Assembly (NCBI GenBank): GCA_944358565.1
Contig: CALVRK010000002.1
Location: 1 to 32,837 of the forward strand
Direction: 5' to 3'
Origin: an uncultured Bacilli bacterium
GTDB taxonomy: Bacteria; Bacillota_I; Bacilli_A; RF39; UBA660
Length of the DNA stretch: 32,837 nt
Shown: positions 32,506 through 32,837 of the stretch, piece after piece
Position numbering within the stretch: position 1 is the first letter of the stretch
Layout of the letters: every line of letters starts with the position of its first letter
Notes under the pieces: model-generated
What the model saw: only the letters and a program-made list of their open reading frames with translations
Database searches by the model: none
What the model was told of the DNA's origin: nothing
Program-made: the position numbers and the translations under genes

Positions 32506-32837
32506 ATGGAAGATATGCATAAAACCTCAGTAATAATGGTTTTACTAGCAGTTGTTTTAATTATGGCTATAGGATATGCCGCATTTGCACAACAATTAAC
32601 AATCAATGGTAGTGCAGAGATTAGTTCAAGTTGGGATGTTCACATTGAAGATATTGCCGTTAATAATACAACATTAGATGCTGAAAATGTCGGTGCAAAT
32701 GTTGGTGAGAATAGTTTAAGTGCTACATTTAACGCTAATTTAACTACACCTGGCAGTAGTGTTACATATGATGTAACAGTTACAGGAACTCAAGTAAACA
32801 ATACCGTTACACCGAATGATGGAAAGCATTCATATAC
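32506..32837 (+). CDS. Paralogue C of the GYAAF-signal family (5' part, runs off the window)
   Basis: ATG 32506 follows ataggaga. MEDMHKTSVIMVLLAVVLIMAIGYAAFAQQLTINGSAEISSSWDVHIEDI...ATFNANLTTPGSSVTYDVTV. There is no stop before the window end, so it is absent from the track. Confidence 0.6.
   Translation, partial: MEDMHKTSVIMVLLAVVLIMAIGYAAFAQQLTINGSAEISSSWDVHIEDIAVNNTTLDAENVGANVGENSLSATFNANLTTPGSSVTYDVTVTGTQVNNTVTPNDGKHSY

Noticed and set aside
1-32837. Scan for CRISPR arrays, tRNA/rRNA genes, transposases or integrases, and TGA recoding (code 4)
   Set aside because: No regularly spaced direct repeats, cloverleaf-like GC-rich segments or recombinase motifs were seen. TGA terminates several well-supported genes (for example at 8852-8854 and 20308-20310), so the code is standard.

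Overview
Low-GC chromosome segment using the standard code (TGA is a stop) from a spore-forming Firmicute: it carries spo0A, sspI and YjcZ-like tiny spore peptides. It looks Erysipelotrichia- or Clostridia-like, but the species cannot be identified from sequence alone. The backbone is housekeeping: clpP, a uridine-kinase-like gene, gap, pgk, tpiA, spo0A, dusB, an OmpR/histidine-kinase pair, rpmB, a ClpX-like ATPase, dnaE, sspI, feoA, recX, prsA and T-box-argS. The accessory content is the interesting part. (1) A self-contained two-gene AAA-ATPase + RloB/Toprim-like module of AbiL/RloAB type (11470-13373), with its own promoter and flanking terminators, is an anti-phage candidate. (2) Three paralogues (151-663, 14815-18982, 32506-end) share an unusual N-terminal export signal (I/V)GYA(A/S)F..L.I.G....S.WD(I/V).I and a TasA/camelysin- or CARDB-like beta-sandwich motif. 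One is fused into a mosaic surface protein of about 1388 aa that is split by a +1 frameshift. (3) A small XRE-type HTH regulator transcribed divergently from that giant gene is broken at a C7/G7 homopolymer, which may be a phase-variation switch. (4) Three orphan type IV prepilin genes lie inside housekeeping operons with no assembly machinery in the window. (5) A decayed ToxN/AbiQ (type III toxin-antitoxin) gene has lost its antitoxin repeat array. (6) Two YjcZ-like micro-ORFs are too short to appear in the ORF track. (7) pgk, a membrane protein gene, a GT4 glycosyltransferase gene and tpiA are translationally coupled, an unusual arrangement for a glycolytic operon. No CRISPR array, tRNA/rRNA gene or transposase was seen.
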